DNA of 7,813 nucleotides from a virus (Duplodnaviria; Heunggongvirae; Uroviricota; Caudoviricetes): IMG/VR virus record IMGVR_UViG_2529292715_000014, positions 1 to 7,813 of that record; one strand, 5' to 3'. Shown piece by piece: positions 6,160 to 7,813 of this stretch (position 1 is its first letter; each line of letters starts with the position of its first letter). The notes under the pieces were generated by a model. It saw only the letters and a program-made list of their open reading frames with translations, ran no database searches and was not told where the DNA came from. The position numbers and the translations under genes were made by a program.

Positions 6160-6613
6160 TTAAATACTCCCCGCGTTATACCACGTCCCATTAATGCAAT
6201 ACTGAATTGGCCTTGCCTGAGTTGTATCAATTAGTTCATCTCTGTTTGAGTTAACGGAACCGGTAACAACATAACCTGACCTGTCAGACCAGCCGGGACC
6301 ATTCCATGTCCGAACAGATGACAGACCACCAAGGCGAATACCTGTAATAAACCTTGAGTTACATTCTGCCTGCGTATATGCGCCAACATCTCTCGCTGAT
6401 GGCTTGCGTGTTGTGGTGTAAAACTCTGACCAGCCAGCCTCAAATCCATAACCATCACGCGCTGAACGATAAAAAATACCGCCGTTCTTATAATTCACAC
6501 GGAACTGTACAGCAGGGCAGCTCCCCGTATTCTTATTGAAGTGGAGGATTAATGTTGATGCACCGCTGATATTTGCATCATAAACACCGCTATTCCAGTT
6601 CCAGCCAACAGCT
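6160..6613 (-). pseudogene. Tail-fibre variable segment (alternative copy), 3' remnant truncated at its 5' side by the IS3-family element
   Basis: Minus-strand translation ...PQAVGWNWNSGVYDAN...SGYVVTGSVNSNRDELIDTTQARPIQYCINGTWYNAGSI ends with the same RPIQ-Y-INGTWYN motif as the other variable segment. The apparent N-terminal MVVSAIAST is read from the IS terminal repeat; no gix site or 5' region is present. Confidence 0.75.
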
Positions 6614-6656
6614 TGAGGTGTACTGGCAATAGCGGACACTACCATTTGTTCTTTTT

Positions 6657-7475
6657 TTAAGCAGCCATCTGATGATATTTTTCCCTGAAGGCTGCCGGGG
6701 AGATATTCCCCAGACGAGAGTGACGACGCTGACGATTGTAGAAAATCTCAATGTATTCCCGTATTACTGAGATGGCTTCATCCCGGTTATTAAAACGATA
6801 GTGGCTCAGGCTCTCATTTTTCAGCGTTCCCCAGAAGCTTTCCATCGGAGCGTTGTCGTAACAGTTACCTTTACGCGACATTGATGTTTTCAGACCAAAC
6901 TGCTCCTGTATGACCCGGTAATCGTATGCGCAGTACTGTGAACCTCGATCAGAGTGGTGGATTAGCCCGGCAGGTGGGCGCTGGCTCCTGAGCGCCATAA
7001 ACAGGGCTTTACCTGTCAGCTCTTTTGTCATGCGCTCTCCCATGGCGTAGCCGACAATTTCGCACGTATAAACATCTTTGATGCCAGCGAGGTACAACCA
7101 TCCCTCCTGTGTGGCAACATACGTCAGGTCCGCCACCCAGACCTGATTTGGTGCTGTAGGAGCGAACGTCTGGTTCAGCAGATTTGGCGCAACTGGCAGA
7201 TTGTGGTTCGGGTTCGTAGTCGCTCTGAACTTGCGTTTCTGCTTACAGCGTAGCCTCAGCTCCTTACGAAGACGTGCCAGTCGGTCACGACCAACGATGA
7301 TGCCATTCTCTGCCAGCTCCGTCTGGAGCCGCCGGGTTCCATATGTTTCGCGAGTGCGGATATGTGCCACCTTAATCTCCAGTTTTAGCCGCTCATCACT
7401 TTGTTTTCTGTCTGAGGGTTCATGCTGTACCCAGTTGTAATAACCGCTCCTGGATACACCAAATACCTGACACAT
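6657..7475 (-). CDS. IS3-family transposase OrfB (DDE integrase-like catalytic domain), IS600-like
   Basis: Translation contains ...WVADLTYVATQEGWLYLAGIKDVYTCEIVGYAMG...HHSDRGSQYCAYDY...KGNCYDNAPMESFWGTLKNE, typical of IS3-family OrfB. Normally expressed as an OrfAB fusion. Confidence 0.9.
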   Translation of the reverse strand: MCQVFGVSRSGYYNWVQHEPSDRKQSDERLKLEIKVAHIRTRETYGTRRLQTELAENGIIVGRDRLARLRKELRLRCKQKRKFRATTNPNHNLPVAPNLLNQTFAPTAPNQVWVADLTYVATQEGWLYLAGIKDVYTCEIVGYAMGERMTKELTGKALFMALRSQRPPAGLIHHSDRGSQYCAYDYRVIQEQFGLKTSMSRKGNCYDNAPMESFWGTLKNESLSHYRFNNRDEAISVIREYIEIFYNRQRRHSRLGNISPAAFREKYHQMAA

Positions 7476-7510
7476 CGCTTCAATGGGAAATTGTTGTCGC
7501 CATTGTTCGA

Positions 7511-7813
7511 TTAACGCGTATTTTTCAGCGACTCCTGTGCAAAATACGCTGTTGCTTTTTTTAATATATCTCGCTCAAGGCGAGCTTCATTTAACGCCTT
7601 ACGCAGTTGCAGAATTTCAGATTCCAGTTCAGCCACCGTGCGGGAACCAGGAGTACCGAGCCCTTTTCTGGCGGCGGTAACCCATTGTCCTAAAGTGCCT
7701 TCAGGAAGGGATAATCGGGAAGCGCCTTCACTGATCGAAAGTTGATTTTCAAGAACCGTTCTGACAGCTTCGGCTTTGAACTCTTTAGAGTAACGTTGGG
7801 TTTTTCTGCTCAT
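7511..7813 (-). CDS. IS3-family transposase OrfA (helix-turn-helix / leucine-zipper part), IS600-like
   Basis: 100 aa, MSRKTQRYSKEFKAEAVRTVLENQLSISEGASRLSLPEGTLGQWV...LERDILKKATAYFAQESLKNTR; matches IS600 OrfA as I remember it. Confidence 0.9.
   Translation of the reverse strand: MSRKTQRYSKEFKAEAVRTVLENQLSISEGASRLSLPEGTLGQWVTAARKGLGTPGSRTVAELESEILQLRKALNEARLERDILKKATAYFAQESLKNTR
7545..7552 (-). other. IS3-family programmed -1 frameshift site (A AAA AAA G)
   Basis: T7 run on the plus strand at 7546-7552 gives A7 followed by G on the coding strand, in the orfA frame TTA AAA AAA GCA. The -1 frame after it reads through into the orfB translation. Confidence 0.7.

Larger units (their letters stand above)
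1971..7813 (-). mobile_element. Phage Mu-like transposable prophage, right arm (partial, decayed), inverted relative to the window
   Basis: Terminal sequence TGAAGCGGCGCACGAAAAACGCGAAAG at 1971 matches the Mu right end as I remember it. Gene order from the end is mom, com, gin remnant, gix-like site, then an invertible tail-fibre cassette, which is the Mu right-arm organisation. Confidence 0.8.
6614..7813 (-). mobile_element. IS3-family insertion sequence resembling IS600 (partial; left end lies beyond the window)
   Basis: Terminal repeat TGAGGTGTACTGGCAATAGCGGACAC at 6614 aligns with the IS3 end TGATCTTACCCAGCAATAGTGGACAC. It carries orfA (100 aa) and orfB (272 aa from the first Met) with an A7G slippery site; orfA begins exactly at the window end. 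Confidence 0.75.

Noticed and set aside
6231-6539. ORFs 6231..6458 (-) and 6354..6539 (+) inside the second tail-fibre segment
   Set aside because: Out-of-frame or antisense overlaps of the tail-fibre remnant.
6619-6645. Apparent N-terminus MVVSAIAST of the minus-strand tail-fibre ORF
   Set aside because: These codons are read from the IS terminal inverted repeat; the ATG is fortuitous and not the native start of the fibre segment.
7201-7680. Plus-strand ORFs 7201..7440 and 7483..7680
   Set aside because: Antisense to the IS3-family orfB and orfA.
1-7813. CRISPR arrays, tRNA or rRNA genes, integrons, toxin-antitoxin pairs or defence-system genes other than mom
   Set aside because: No direct-repeat/spacer periodicity, no tRNA-like or rRNA-like sequence, and no unassigned ORF of meaningful length once the prophage, the IS elements and dpiBA are accounted for.

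Overview
This window is explained by known elements: the host dpiB-dpiA (citA-citB) two-component locus, interrupted at 1970/1971 by the right end of a phage Mu-like transposable prophage in inverted orientation. I found no evidence of a novel system; I see no tRNA or rRNA genes or CRISPR arrays. Reading left to right, the prophage arm contains the Mu right-end repeats, mom and com (minus strand) with their promoter region, a gin invertase pseudogene, one gix-like crossover site, and a G-segment-like cassette of two opposed tail-fibre variable segments and two convergent tail-fibre assembly genes. The cassette is broken by an IS1 copy (4056..4823, 8-9 bp target duplication) and by an IS3-family element resembling IS600 (6614 to window end). 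dpiB also carries a 1-bp frameshift. The most interesting point is that the invertase, its site, and both tail-fibre alternatives are inactivated while com-mom appears intact. All family assignments are from reading the translations and from memory of the Mu, IS1 and IS3-family sequences; no database search was run.
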